From NCBI GenBank assembly GCA_016860985.1, contig BOKM01000001.1, forward strand, positions 463,462 to 527,461: a DNA stretch of 64,000 nucleotides, in the 5' to 3' direction. This DNA is from Patescibacteria group bacterium (lineage in GTDB: Bacteria > Patescibacteriota > Dojkabacteria > GCA-002793355). Of the stretch, positions 55,884-64,000 are shown piece by piece; within the stretch, counting starts at the first letter, position 1; each line of letters opens with the position of its first letter. The position numbers and the translations under genes were made by a program. The notes under the pieces were generated by a model. It made no database searches, had not been told where the DNA came from, and worked only from the letters and a program-made list of their open reading frames with translations.

Positions 55884-56700
55884 CGAAAGAGAACCGAAAA
55901 AGGGGTACTGAAGCTAAAAATAAGCGAACCGACTGATCTTTTGACAACGTATCAAGCATTACGGTTGTTGTTGCTCCGGTTGTAATTACATCATCTACGA
56001 CAATCACTACCTCTGGAGCGAGTGAGATGAGGTTGGGGACTTGAAAAGCATTGAGGGAATATTCACTGTTTAGCGTTAACAACCGCTGTTGTCGGGTTTT
56101 TTTTGCTTGCGCTATGCTGCCTTCACGTTTTTTCAGAATTTCTTGCGAAATATAACAATTACATGCAAAGTTATCGCGAAGATATCTTCCGAGCAGAATC
56201 GCTAATTCTCGCGCGGGCGAAAAACCTCGTTCAGTATATTTATTGCGTGACATAGGGACCGGAAGGAGCAGTATTCTCAAGTCTTTCCATTTTTCGAAGC
56301 ATGAAACAATGTAATTAAACGGATCTAGCCGAAAGTACGACTGAATCATCAAGGCAATCTCATTAAAAAGATGATAACAACCCTTGTATTTATAGGTGGA
56401 GAGAAGATATTTTACAGTTTTTGCATACTCAAAGCAAGAAATCGTCTGGGCATAAGTTAATCGTTTTGTCTGACATATCGAATGAAGCAACCCTTTTTCC
56501 GAGAATTGATTGCATTCAGCACAGGAGGGAGTGGAAAAAAGAAATTGCTCTGCGCATGTACAACAAAGAGGGTACACTTCGTGGTTACAAGCAGCACAAG
56601 TAAAAAGCCCACAGTTTCGTGAAACAAAATACGATATTCGAGAAAAAAGATTTTCTGTGTACAAATTGTATTCAGACAGCAGGGCAAAATCTTTTCTCAC
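55870..56700 (-). CDS. comFC: ComF-family protein (ComFC-like phosphoribosyltransferase-fold protein with an N-terminal zinc finger)
   Basis: N-terminal Cys cluster 'CGLFTCAACNHEV...CCTCAEQ...CAEC' and the C-terminal PRTase motif 'VVIVVDDVITTGATT'. Confidence 0.75.
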   Translation of the reverse strand: MRKDFALLSEYNLYTENLFSRISYFVSRNCGLFTCAACNHEVYPLCCTCAEQFLFSTPSCAECNQFSEKGLLHSICQTKRLTYAQTISCFEYAKTVKYLLSTYKYKGCYHLFNEIALMIQSYFRLDPFNYIVSCFEKWKDLRILLLPVPMSRNKYTERGFSPARELAILLGRYLRDNFACNCYISQEILKKREGSIAQAKKTRQQRLLTLNSEYSLNAFQVPNLISLAPEVVIVVDDVITTGATTTVMLDTLSKDQSVRLFLASVPLFRFSFAKVA

Positions 56701-56727
56701 ACAAAGAATATATAGCCCAAATTATGA

Positions 56728-57408
56728 CTATGTTCTCTTTTTTAGCAAAAAATACTGAAAACTCCTCCCTTTTCGAATCCATTTTTGGTGAAAATGCGTG
56801 ATAGGGAGCCCAAACTTGGGCGCTTCATACACACCATCCTCGACAGAGTATTTCGTGGTGACTTCATTCGCCTGACTGGCTATAAACTTGCTGTAATCGT
56901 CCCAATCTGTGGCAATAAGTATTTCACCATTTGATTTGAGATAGGGATATACTTTTTCAAAAAATTCTTTGGTAATTGGTCTTCGTTTGGCATGCTTTTT
57001 CTTGTGCCAAGGGTCGGGAAAGAGAATCACAATTCGAGAAATTGAATCCGGAGCATAATGCAAATCGAGTGACTCGTATCCGCTTCCTTTATAGACAAAA
57101 ACGTCAGAGCGTTTACGAATTTTACGTTTTGTAAGCAAGTAAAAACGTGCCTTAATTTCATACCCGACAGTAACGGACCTTGCAGAATCATTTGCTAAAA
57201 GCACCTCTCCGTGTCCTGAGCCAATTTCAACTTGCAGTGACCTCCCTTGAGCTATTGCACTCCAGTTTACTGGCGAAGGAAGTTTTTGATACTCAATATT
57301 CTTAAGTTTTTCAACAGTTGGTCTAAAGAAAAAGCTTTGAATTCTCTTGGTGATACGTTTAAACACATCTCTACTTGTTTTTTTGAGTAACCACCAATTT
57401 CTTTTCAC
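56728..57408 (-). CDS. trmB: tRNA (guanine46-N7)-methyltransferase
   Basis: 'LQVEIGSGHGEVLL' SAM motif and the TrmB signature 'ILFPDPWHKKKHAKRRP'. GTG start. Confidence 0.85.
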   Translation of the reverse strand: MKRNWWLLKKTSRDVFKRITKRIQSFFFRPTVEKLKNIEYQKLPSPVNWSAIAQGRSLQVEIGSGHGEVLLANDSARSVTVGYEIKARFYLLTKRKIRKRSDVFVYKGSGYESLDLHYAPDSISRIVILFPDPWHKKKHAKRRPITKEFFEKVYPYLKSNGEILIATDWDDYSKFIASQANEVTTKYSVEDGVYEAPKFGLPITHFHQKWIRKGRSFQYFLLKKRT

Positions 57409-57459
57409 AATATCGTGCTATAATTGAATTGTTAGATTATATCGCATTATTGGGCAACA

Positions 57460-58665
57460 ATGAATAACCGACGCGAAGATTTTCCCTTACTAAAACGGCA
57501 CCTTAATGGTTTTCCACTTATTTACTTTGATAATGCTGCGACCTCACTAAAACCAAAACAAGTGATTTCTGCGATAAGCTCCCATTACGAAACACTTGGC
57601 GGAAATCCAGGCAGAGGAACACACGAGCTGGCATTTGAAACTTCGAAAAAAATAGCGCAAACCAGGCAACTCATTCTCCGCTTCCTAAATGCAGATGACT
57701 CTTATACGGTACTTTTTACAAAAAACGCGACAGAAGGGTTTAACCTTGTCGCACAATCTATAGGCAAAGATCCTGCGATTAATGCTGTAATCACGACCGA
57801 ACTTGAGCACCATTCTAACCTCGTTCCTTGGCTGCAATATGTAAAAGACAAAAAGATAGTTGTGGTTCCCATAAGTTCCGATGGACTCCTGAAAGAAGAA
57901 ATTATTGAACAAACACTTAAAAATGAAAAAGGTAGCGACCTGCTTGCAATAACACTCGCCTCCAACGTAACTGGTCAAACGATCTCATTCGACAAAATCC
58001 TTCCCATGGCACGTGCAAAAAACGATGTCGTCCTTGTTGACGCAACACAGGCTATTGGGCATAAGAAAATTAGCTTAAACGATACCCCTTTCGATTTTCT
58101 TGTTGCTTCAGGTCATAAAATGTTTGGACCAGAGGGGATTGGTTTTGTGGTTCTAAAAAAACTGCATCTCCCCCGTATGATTCCGCTTTTATATGGTGGA
58201 GGAGCAATTAAAACAGTGTCTACTCAAAGCTTTAAACTCCTCGAGGACTTAGAGAAATTTGAAGCAGGGACTCCCCACTCAGCGGGTATAAGCGGACTTC
58301 ATGCTGCCATTACCTACATTCAAGAGATTGGGATAGACGCTATATATGCCTACGAATCTGAACTAAAAGAATACCTTATCCAAAAGCTTACAAAGCTTCC
58401 GAGTTGTCGCGTTTTAGGAGAAAACGTACCACATGGAAGCCCAATATGTAGCTTTGTTCACGAAACACTCCACCCACACGATATTGCAGAATATCTGAAT
58501 GAACACGGCGTTGCTGTAAGGGCAGGGCTACACTGTGCAGAACCATTACATAAAGCACTCAAGGTGCAGGGAAGTACCAGATTAAGTCTTTCTATCGCAA
58601 ATACAAAAGAAGAAATTGATTATGTTATTTCATTGTTAACAGCATGCTTTCAGAAATACGCATAA
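57460..58665 (+). CDS. sufS: cysteine desulfurase (SufS/CsdA-like, class V aminotransferase)
   Basis: 'IYFDNAATSLKP', the PLP lysine in 'SGHKMFGPEGIGF' and the catalytic Cys in 'RAGLHCAEPLH'. Confidence 0.85.
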   Translation: MNNRREDFPLLKRHLNGFPLIYFDNAATSLKPKQVISAISSHYETLGGNPGRGTHELAFETSKKIAQTRQLILRFLNADDSYTVLFTKNATEGFNLVAQSIGKDPAINAVITTELEHHSNLVPWLQYVKDKKIVVVPISSDGLLKEEIIEQTLKNEKGSDLLAITLASNVTGQTISFDKILPMARAKNDVVLVDATQAIGHKKISLNDTPFDFLVASGHKMFGPEGIGFVVLKKLHLPRMIPLLYGGGAIKTVSTQSFKLLEDLEKFEAGTPHSAGISGLHAAITYIQEIGIDAIYAYESELKEYLIQKLTKLPSCRVLGENVPHGSPICSFVHETLHPHDIAEYLNEHGVAVRAGLHCAEPLHKALKVQGSTRLSLSIANTKEEIDYVISLLTACFQKYA

Positions 58666-58682
58666 AACCACGCCTCCCGAGG

Positions 58683-59267
58683 ATGATAACAAAATCAATT
58701 AAAGAGGTAATTGGTTTAATCGTCCTTTTTATAATTGGTAGTATATTGCTACTCCAGCTTCCTACCCAACAGCCTGCACCTTACGAGGATACCTACAAAT
58801 ATTTAAGCAGTACAGGCCAACTATACCAAGATGTCGCGATTGCAAAGGAAAAGAACTTAGAAAAAGTGTATGTAGAAGAAATTACAGACGGAGACACTAT
58901 AAAAGTTACTCGAGCAGATGGTTCCAAAGCAATAATCAGATATATCGGCATTGATACCCCAGAGATTAAACACAGAGAAGGTGAAATAAATGAGAAGTAC
59001 GGGCAAGAAGCAACTAGTGTCAATGCGTGGTTGGTATATAACAAAGAAGTATATCTGCAAAAGGATGCTGCAGAAACGGACAAATATGGAAGACTACTTC
59101 GTTATGTTTACCTTGAAGACGGCACTATGGTTAACTACGTGTTAATTCGTTTGGGCTATGCAACTATCATGACCATTCCACCGAATGTTGCTTTTCAGCA
59201 ACAATTTTATGCAGCACAGGAGCTTGCAAAAACGGAAGGGCGCAACCTTTTCGCACCAACAGAATAA
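58683..59267 (+). CDS. thermonuclease (staphylococcal nuclease / SNase-like) with an N-terminal TM anchor
   Basis: 'EITDGDTIKVT', 'IRYIGIDTPE' and 'DKYGRLLRYVYLEDG' are SNase active-site motifs. Start uncertain: the track ORF begins at 58644, overlapping the sufS end. Confidence 0.8.
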   Translation: MITKSIKEVIGLIVLFIIGSILLLQLPTQQPAPYEDTYKYLSSTGQLYQDVAIAKEKNLEKVYVEEITDGDTIKVTRADGSKAIIRYIGIDTPEIKHREGEINEKYGQEATSVNAWLVYNKEVYLQKDAAETDKYGRLLRYVYLEDGTMVNYVLIRLGYATIMTIPPNVAFQQQFYAAQELAKTEGRNLFAPTE

Positions 59268-59306
59268 CCAGCTGAGTCGATGAAAATAGTGTTATAATGA
59301 TTCAAA

Positions 59307-59453
59307 ATGCTCGGATTTTTGAGAAAAAATGATGTATTGCTCTTCTGGACTGCGTTTGTGATACTTTCATTCATTTGTTACGGAGGGTTCACTTACATGT
59401 TTAGCAGGTATTCACCTCCAACCGAAGCGGAACTTATTTTGAAAATCAAATAA
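59307..59453 (+). CDS. possible small membrane protein (48 aa) translationally coupled to murJ
   Basis: ORF MLGFLRKNDVLLFWTAFVILSFICYGGFTYMFSRYSPPTEAELILKIK is below the track's length cutoff. A TATAAT lies 8 nt upstream of its ATG. Its stop overlaps the murJ start (TAATG). Confidence 0.3.
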   Translation: MLGFLRKNDVLLFWTAFVILSFICYGGFTYMFSRYSPPTEAELILKIK

Positions 59454-61225
59454 TGACTATCGCCTCACTTAAAGAGAAAATATCACACTTTGAATCCAAG
59501 CTGATTTCAATTTCTATTTTGATCGGGAGCTTGTCAATTATTAGTAAACTCCTTGGTTTCTTTAAAGTTCACCTTATTGCCCGACTTTTTGGTACAAGCA
59601 AAGAGAGTGACATTTTCTATGCCGCCTTTGCTCTCCCTGATCTTGTTTTTGCATTGCTTGTTGTTGGAACAGTTAACGCAGCGCTTGTGCCGATTTTCAT
59701 CAAAATTATTAAAAAGAAAGAAGATAAAACGTTACATACAACCCTAAATACCGTTATTACACTGCTTTTTGTAACAATGTTGGTGCTTTTGGGGACGCTT
59801 TATTTTCTAATGCCCTCGATAACTTCTTGGATATTTTCCAGCAAAGAAGTATTAAAAGCTTTTGACCTAAGCTTAGATCTTCCTAGAGGGAGCAACGAGT
59901 ACTATCAAAACCTATTTGTTAACCTTTCACGATTAATGTTGGTTTCGCCCTTACTCCTTTCGGTAAGCAGTGTATTTGGGGCATATTTGCAAGCCCATAA
60001 ACGCTTTATTTCCACCGCGATAGCCCCTTTAATGTATAACATTGGAATTGTTATCGGCATTGCCTTTTTCGTGAAGTTCGCGCCACAGTATGGAGTATAT
60101 GCGTTAAGTTATTCAGTTCTTATCGGCACAATGCTGCACTTTATTACGCAGTTAATCGGAGTATTAAACCTGCACGATAACGATTTTTCCTGGTCTTTTT
60201 CAGTCAATTCCTACGTCAAAGATATTGCGAAACTTTCTCTTCCTAGAATTTTTGGCTTAGCAGTCGAGCAAACTGCTATTATGTTCAACACCTTTTGGGG
60301 TTTTACTCTTGGAACTGGGGCGCTTTCTGTGTTCAAATTTGCAAGTACCCTTTATCTAGTACCGGTAGACCTGTTGTCTGGTACCTTTTTGCAATTGGTT
60401 TTTCCACGATTAAACGAGCGAGCGCACGAAGATGACAATTACCGCTCGCTTAACAAGCTCTACTGGAGGACTCTTATATTGTTAGTGCTTATTGCACTGC
60501 CAATTATTATTCTTTTTATTGTACTTCGACTCCCTATTGTACGTCTTGTGCTTGGGGCAGGTCGTTTTACATGGACCGCAACACTCGTAACTAGTTTTAC
60601 ACTCGCGTTCTTTACACCGGCAATTCTTTTACAAGCGTTAGCTGCCCTAAACATTAGGACTTTTTATGCAATTAACAACACTAAAACACCGCTTGTCATC
60701 AGTATTGTTGGAGTAGTATTAAATATTCTTTTTAGCATTGGCTTTACAAACTTCTTCTCGCATTCAACTCAGATAAAAGCTCTTTCTTTAGGGAATCTTG
60801 TAAACCTTCAATCCATTGAACAGTTGTTAAGCTGGTTTACCACAAGAGGCGACTCGTTTGGTGCAGTTGCAGGTTTAGCTTTTGGTATTTCTGTGGGCCT
60901 GTTTGTTGAGGTTGCAGTGAGTTTTTGGCTCCTTTCTCGTAAAACAAAATTGTGGCAACACGCAAAAGCAGAACAAAAGCCAATTACTTCGATTAAGACG
61001 ATGGTATTTGCATCGATTGTGACGCTGCTTATTACCTACGGAATGTATAAGATTGCAGATATTGGCATTGACACAAGTAGAGCGCTGGGCGTCTTAACCG
61101 TCGGTGCCTTTACCAGTATTCCTTGTTTAATTGTCTATGGCTACCTTACACGCTATGTGTGGAATGATTATGTGCACATATCAAAGATAAAAGAAAAGGT
61201 TTCGAAAATTTTCAAGAGAAAATAA
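59453..61225 (+). CDS. murJ: lipid II flippase MurJ (MviN)
   Basis: N-terminal 'ISISILIGSLSIISKLLGFFKVHLIARLFGTSKESDIFYAAFALPDLVFALLVVGTVNAALVPIF' is a classic MurJ. ~14 TM helices, 590 aa. Confidence 0.85.
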   Translation: MTIASLKEKISHFESKLISISILIGSLSIISKLLGFFKVHLIARLFGTSKESDIFYAAFALPDLVFALLVVGTVNAALVPIFIKIIKKKEDKTLHTTLNTVITLLFVTMLVLLGTLYFLMPSITSWIFSSKEVLKAFDLSLDLPRGSNEYYQNLFVNLSRLMLVSPLLLSVSSVFGAYLQAHKRFISTAIAPLMYNIGIVIGIAFFVKFAPQYGVYALSYSVLIGTMLHFITQLIGVLNLHDNDFSWSFSVNSYVKDIAKLSLPRIFGLAVEQTAIMFNTFWGFTLGTGALSVFKFASTLYLVPVDLLSGTFLQLVFPRLNERAHEDDNYRSLNKLYWRTLILLVLIALPIIILFIVLRLPIVRLVLGAGRFTWTATLVTSFTLAFFTPAILLQALAALNIRTFYAINNTKTPLVISIVGVVLNILFSIGFTNFFSHSTQIKALSLGNLVNLQSIEQLLSWFTTRGDSFGAVAGLAFGISVGLFVEVAVSFWLLSRKTKLWQHAKAEQKPITSIKTMVFASIVTLLITYGMYKIADIGIDTSRALGVLTVGAFTSIPCLIVYGYLTRYVWNDYVHISKIKEKVSKIFKRK

Positions 61226-61258
61226 ACTGATCACTGAACGGCACACTCTTTTGGTAAC

Positions 61259-62413
61259 TTAGAAACAATCCGAGTAAATCGCCCTCATCTGTTCTTCGTT
61301 CAGTGGAATTTCTCCCATTGGGTCACGATTAACGGCCTTTTCCACAAGCTTCGCAACCTCAGTAGAGGAGATTCCCCATTCAGAAAAGGTCATTTTGACA
61401 CCCAAACTCTCAAAAAATTCACTTGTCTTGTTTATGGCTTGTTGCGCTACTTCCTCGTTTGTACCTGACAATCCCCATACACGACGCCCATATTGTGCCA
61501 TTTTAGCGAGTTTTTGAGTCAACCCAATATGCTTCATCCACCGTGGCGTAATTACCGCTAAACCAGCTGCATGGGGAATATCATAAAAGCCACTAACAAC
61601 ATGCTCTAATTCGTGCGTAGCCCAGTCTTGGCCAACACCAGAGCCGATCAGATTATTAAGCGCCATTGAAGCAGCAAACGCAATATTCGCACGTGCGGAA
61701 TAGGAGGTAGGTTCTTTCAGCACTACTGGCCCCCATTCGATTAGGGTTAACATGAGCCCTTCTGCGAACCTGTCCTGCACTGTTGCATGTTCAGTTTGAT
61801 TAATATATTGCTCCAATATATGTGAAAACGTATCAATTACCCCATATGCAGATTGATCGACAGGCAGAGAATACTGAAACTCAGGATTCACAATTGAAAA
61901 GACGGGATTGACCTTTACAGTGGAAAAATAGTCTTTCTCGTTTGTTTCCCATTTTGTAATAACCGAACCGCCGTTTACCTCAGAAGCCGTTGCAGAAATC
62001 GTAAGTACTGTTGCCAAAGGAATAATTTTTGCTGCAATTTTTTCGCCTTTTGTCGCGATTACATCCCATGCGTCACCATCATAATAGGTAGCTGCAGCAA
62101 TAAGTTTAGAGCCATCTATCGTACTTCCTCCACCAACAGCAAGAATAATATCTGGCTGAAATTCTTTTGCTTGGGCGATAGCTTTTCGCAAGGTCTCAAC
62201 ACGTGGATTTGGCTCAATTCCGCCAAACTCTTGTACGTCAAAATCAGTGAGTTGCTGCATCACTTTGTCGTAGATACCATTCTTTTTAATACTTCCACCA
62301 CCGTAGGTTACAAAAACTTTTTTGCCAATCTTTGCTGTCTCGCTTGCTAATGAGTCGAGTGCGTTTTTACCAAAAATGTAATTTGTTGGATTATAAAATG
62401 AGAAATCTTCCAT
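61259..62413 (-). CDS. iron-containing (group III) alcohol dehydrogenase
   Basis: 'KVFVTYGGGSIKKNGIYDKV', 'ILAVGGGSTIDGSK' (GGGS) and His-rich metal-site motifs downstream. Confidence 0.85.
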   Translation of the reverse strand: MEDFSFYNPTNYIFGKNALDSLASETAKIGKKVFVTYGGGSIKKNGIYDKVMQQLTDFDVQEFGGIEPNPRVETLRKAIAQAKEFQPDIILAVGGGSTIDGSKLIAAATYYDGDAWDVIATKGEKIAAKIIPLATVLTISATASEVNGGSVITKWETNEKDYFSTVKVNPVFSIVNPEFQYSLPVDQSAYGVIDTFSHILEQYINQTEHATVQDRFAEGLMLTLIEWGPVVLKEPTSYSARANIAFAASMALNNLIGSGVGQDWATHELEHVVSGFYDIPHAAGLAVITPRWMKHIGLTQKLAKMAQYGRRVWGLSGTNEEVAQQAINKTSEFFESLGVKMTFSEWGISSTEVAKLVEKAVNRDPMGEIPLNEEQMRAIYSDCF

Positions 62414-62434
62414 TATTCGTATGAATAAGTTTAT

Positions 62435-64000
62435 TTATGACTCATCAAAAGCATCGACTTCATCAATACTTGTAACGAGGACCTCTCGTGGTTTACTCCC
62501 ATTTGGACCACCCACGACTCCAATTTTTTCCATTAAGTCGATATAACGCGCAGCTCGATTAAAACCAATCTGCAAAAAACGCTGAATAGTTGAAGCAGAA
62601 CCTTTTTGTTGCTGAATTACGAGCTCAACCGCTCTTCTGAATAAAGGGTCGCTCTTTATCTCTGCGCCATAATCTCCGTCGCCTTGGCCACCCGCGCCGC
62701 CGCCTGCAGCATTAAAGTTCTCGATACCAGCGAGATACCATGTCTCTTGCCCTGGATCGAGTAATCTTGCTTGATCACGAATAGCTTTTGTAACCTTATT
62801 TACCTCATCTGTACCTACAAAAGCGCCTTGTAACCTTCGGATTTTTGCGTTATCAGGTGTTTTTACCAACATATCACCCTTTCCAATAAGTGTTTCTGCA
62901 CCTTGTTGGTCAATGATTACACGAGAATCAACCCCTTGTGATACAGCAAGAGAAATTCGTGCGGGAATGTTTGCCTTAATAAGTCCGGTAATAACATTTA
63001 CGCTTGGCCTTTGCGTTGCAAGAATCAAGTGAATTCCGGTCGCACGTGCAAGCTGGGCAAGTCGAACAATCTTGTTTTCTACCTCTTGCTTTTTGGTCAT
63101 CATAAGGTCAGCCATTTCATCTACCACAATAATTATGGTTGGAAGTTTATAACTCGCTTTTTCGTTGAACTCTTCTAGATTTCGCACAACATTATCCTTA
63201 AACAGCTGCAAACGCTTGGTCATTTCTGTAATTGCCCAGTCGAGAGCGTGAACAACGTTGTCCATTTCGTCGATTGCAGGGGTAAGTAAATGCGGGATTC
63301 CATTATATGGCGTCATTTCAACACGCTTTGGGTCAACAAGAATCAAGCGAAGCTCGTCTGGAGTGAACTTCATGAGTAAACCTACCAAAATGGTGTTAAT
63401 TGCTGCAGATTTACCTGTTCCTGTTGCACCCGCTACAAGCACGTGAGGCATACTATAGAGGTCGATAACTACCGATTCATTGCGAATATCGGCACCCAAC
63501 GCCAGTGGAATCTTTTTAGTTTTTCGGGACATTTCGGCAGATTGGATAATTTCGCTAGCTCGAACCATTCTGCCTTTTGTCTTTGGAACTTCAATACCAA
63601 CATACGATGTGTTTGCGATAGATTCAATACGAATATAGTCTGCGGACGCAGATTCTAAGGCAACACCAATATCTCTTGCTAAGCCCTTAACTTTCGAAAG
63701 TCTTGTTCCGGTGGCAAGATTTAACGCGTACTGAACAACCGAAGGACCAGGAAAGACTTTAACAACCCTTGCCTGTATATTGAAACTCGCAAGTGTTTGC
63801 TCGATTTTTTTACTCTTTTCAATCAAATCCGCCTTATCATCAGTACCCGCAACTGGTGGTTCTAAAAGGGAGAGTGGAGGGAGAGCCCAGTTTTCAAAAC
63901 GAGTTGGATACTTCGAGCGAAATTCTTGTTCCAAGTCAGATACCTGAACATTTCCTTCTTCGCCACTTTCAGGGTTACCTTGTAAATCTTTACCATAAGA
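62435..64000 (-). CDS. ftsK: DNA translocase FtsK/SpoIIIE, motor and gamma domains; N-terminal part lies beyond the 3' edge of the window
   Basis: Walker A 'VLVAGATGTGKSAAINTIL', Walker B 'IIVVDEMADLMM', the gamma domain 'LFRRAVELVIQQQKGSASTIQRFLQIGFNRAARYIDLMEKIGV' and its terminus '...GSKPREVL'. The reading frame stays open upstream of the track's TTG 'start' through to position 64000. Confidence 0.9.
   Translation of the reverse strand, partial: SYGKDLQGNPESGEEGNVQVSDLEQEFRSKYPTRFENWALPPLSLLEPPVAGTDDKADLIEKSKKIEQTLASFNIQARVVKVFPGPSVVQYALNLATGTRLSKVKGLARDIGVALESASADYIRIESIANTSYVGIEVPKTKGRMVRASEIIQSAEMSRKTKKIPLALGADIRNESVVIDLYSMPHVLVAGATGTGKSAAINTILVGLLMKFTPDELRLILVDPKRVEMTPYNGIPHLLTPAIDEMDNVVHALDWAITEMTKRLQLFKDNVVRNLEEFNEKASYKLPTIIIVVDEMADLMMTKKQEVENKIVRLAQLARATGIHLILATQRPSVNVITGLIKANIPARISLAVSQGVDSRVIIDQQGAETLIGKGDMLVKTPDNAKIRRLQGAFVGTDEVNKVTKAIRDQARLLDPGQETWYLAGIENFNAAGGGAGGQGDGDYGAEIKSDPLFRRAVELVIQQQKGSASTIQRFLQIGFNRAARYIDLMEKIGVVGGPNGSKPREVLVTSIDEVDAFDES

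Noticed and set aside
58644-58682. Upstream extension of the thermonuclease gene overlapping the sufS 3' end
   Set aside because: The internal Met at 58683 gives a normal signal-anchor N-terminus. The extension would overlap sufS by 22 nt, but it cannot be excluded.

Overview
This is a roughly 40% GC bacterial chromosomal segment, densely coding with many overlapping or translationally coupled junctions. The gene set looks like a reduced-genome, CPR/Patescibacteria-like organism: bacterial cell-wall, repair and division genes (murF-ddl-murD-murC, murJ, uppS, uvrA/uvrB/uvrC, tmRNA, rodZ, ftsK, comFC, a T-box leader) alongside archaeal/eukaryal-type information enzymes (archaeal-type TyrRS and AspRS, type-2 IleRS, ATP-dependent DNA ligase). 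Other housekeeping genes present are KsgA, TrmB, a SufS-like cysteine desulfurase, an Fe-ADH, a ZIP transporter, UvrABC, an EndoIII-like glycosylase, an ExoIII-like EEP nuclease and a RecD-like helicase. Polyprenyl/lipid-carrier genes are UppS, two UbiA-family prenyltransferases and a PAP2 phosphatase. Several secreted/anchored Pro-Thr-rich or Cys-rich surface proteins are present. The most unusual region is a tightly coupled plus-strand operon at about 20.76-28.17 kb. It encodes a minimal TGT-like (DpdA-like) barrel, a P-loop kinase-like protein with a large unknown C-terminal domain, a Nudix hydrolase, an N-terminally extended QueC homologue, a GT2 glycosyltransferase and a three-gene ABC-2 exporter. 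It sits divergently next to a YhhQ-type preQ0/preQ1 transporter, and no other queuosine/preQ0 biosynthesis genes (folE, queD, queE, queF) are in the window. I interpret it as a candidate undescribed 7-deazaguanine modification or metabolite system fed by precursor salvage. Other notable points are an AspRS fused to a YbaK/ProX-type deacylase domain, a TyrRS with a degenerate HIGH motif and an ~88-aa insertion, a membrane-anchored orphan HepT-like HEPN protein, a translational T-box on ileS, a tmRNA with the G3:U70 pair, and a recurring leaderless-promoter architecture. No CRISPR array, rRNA, tRNA, integrase or transposase was seen. Coordinates of non-ORF features are hand-counted (±1-2 nt).
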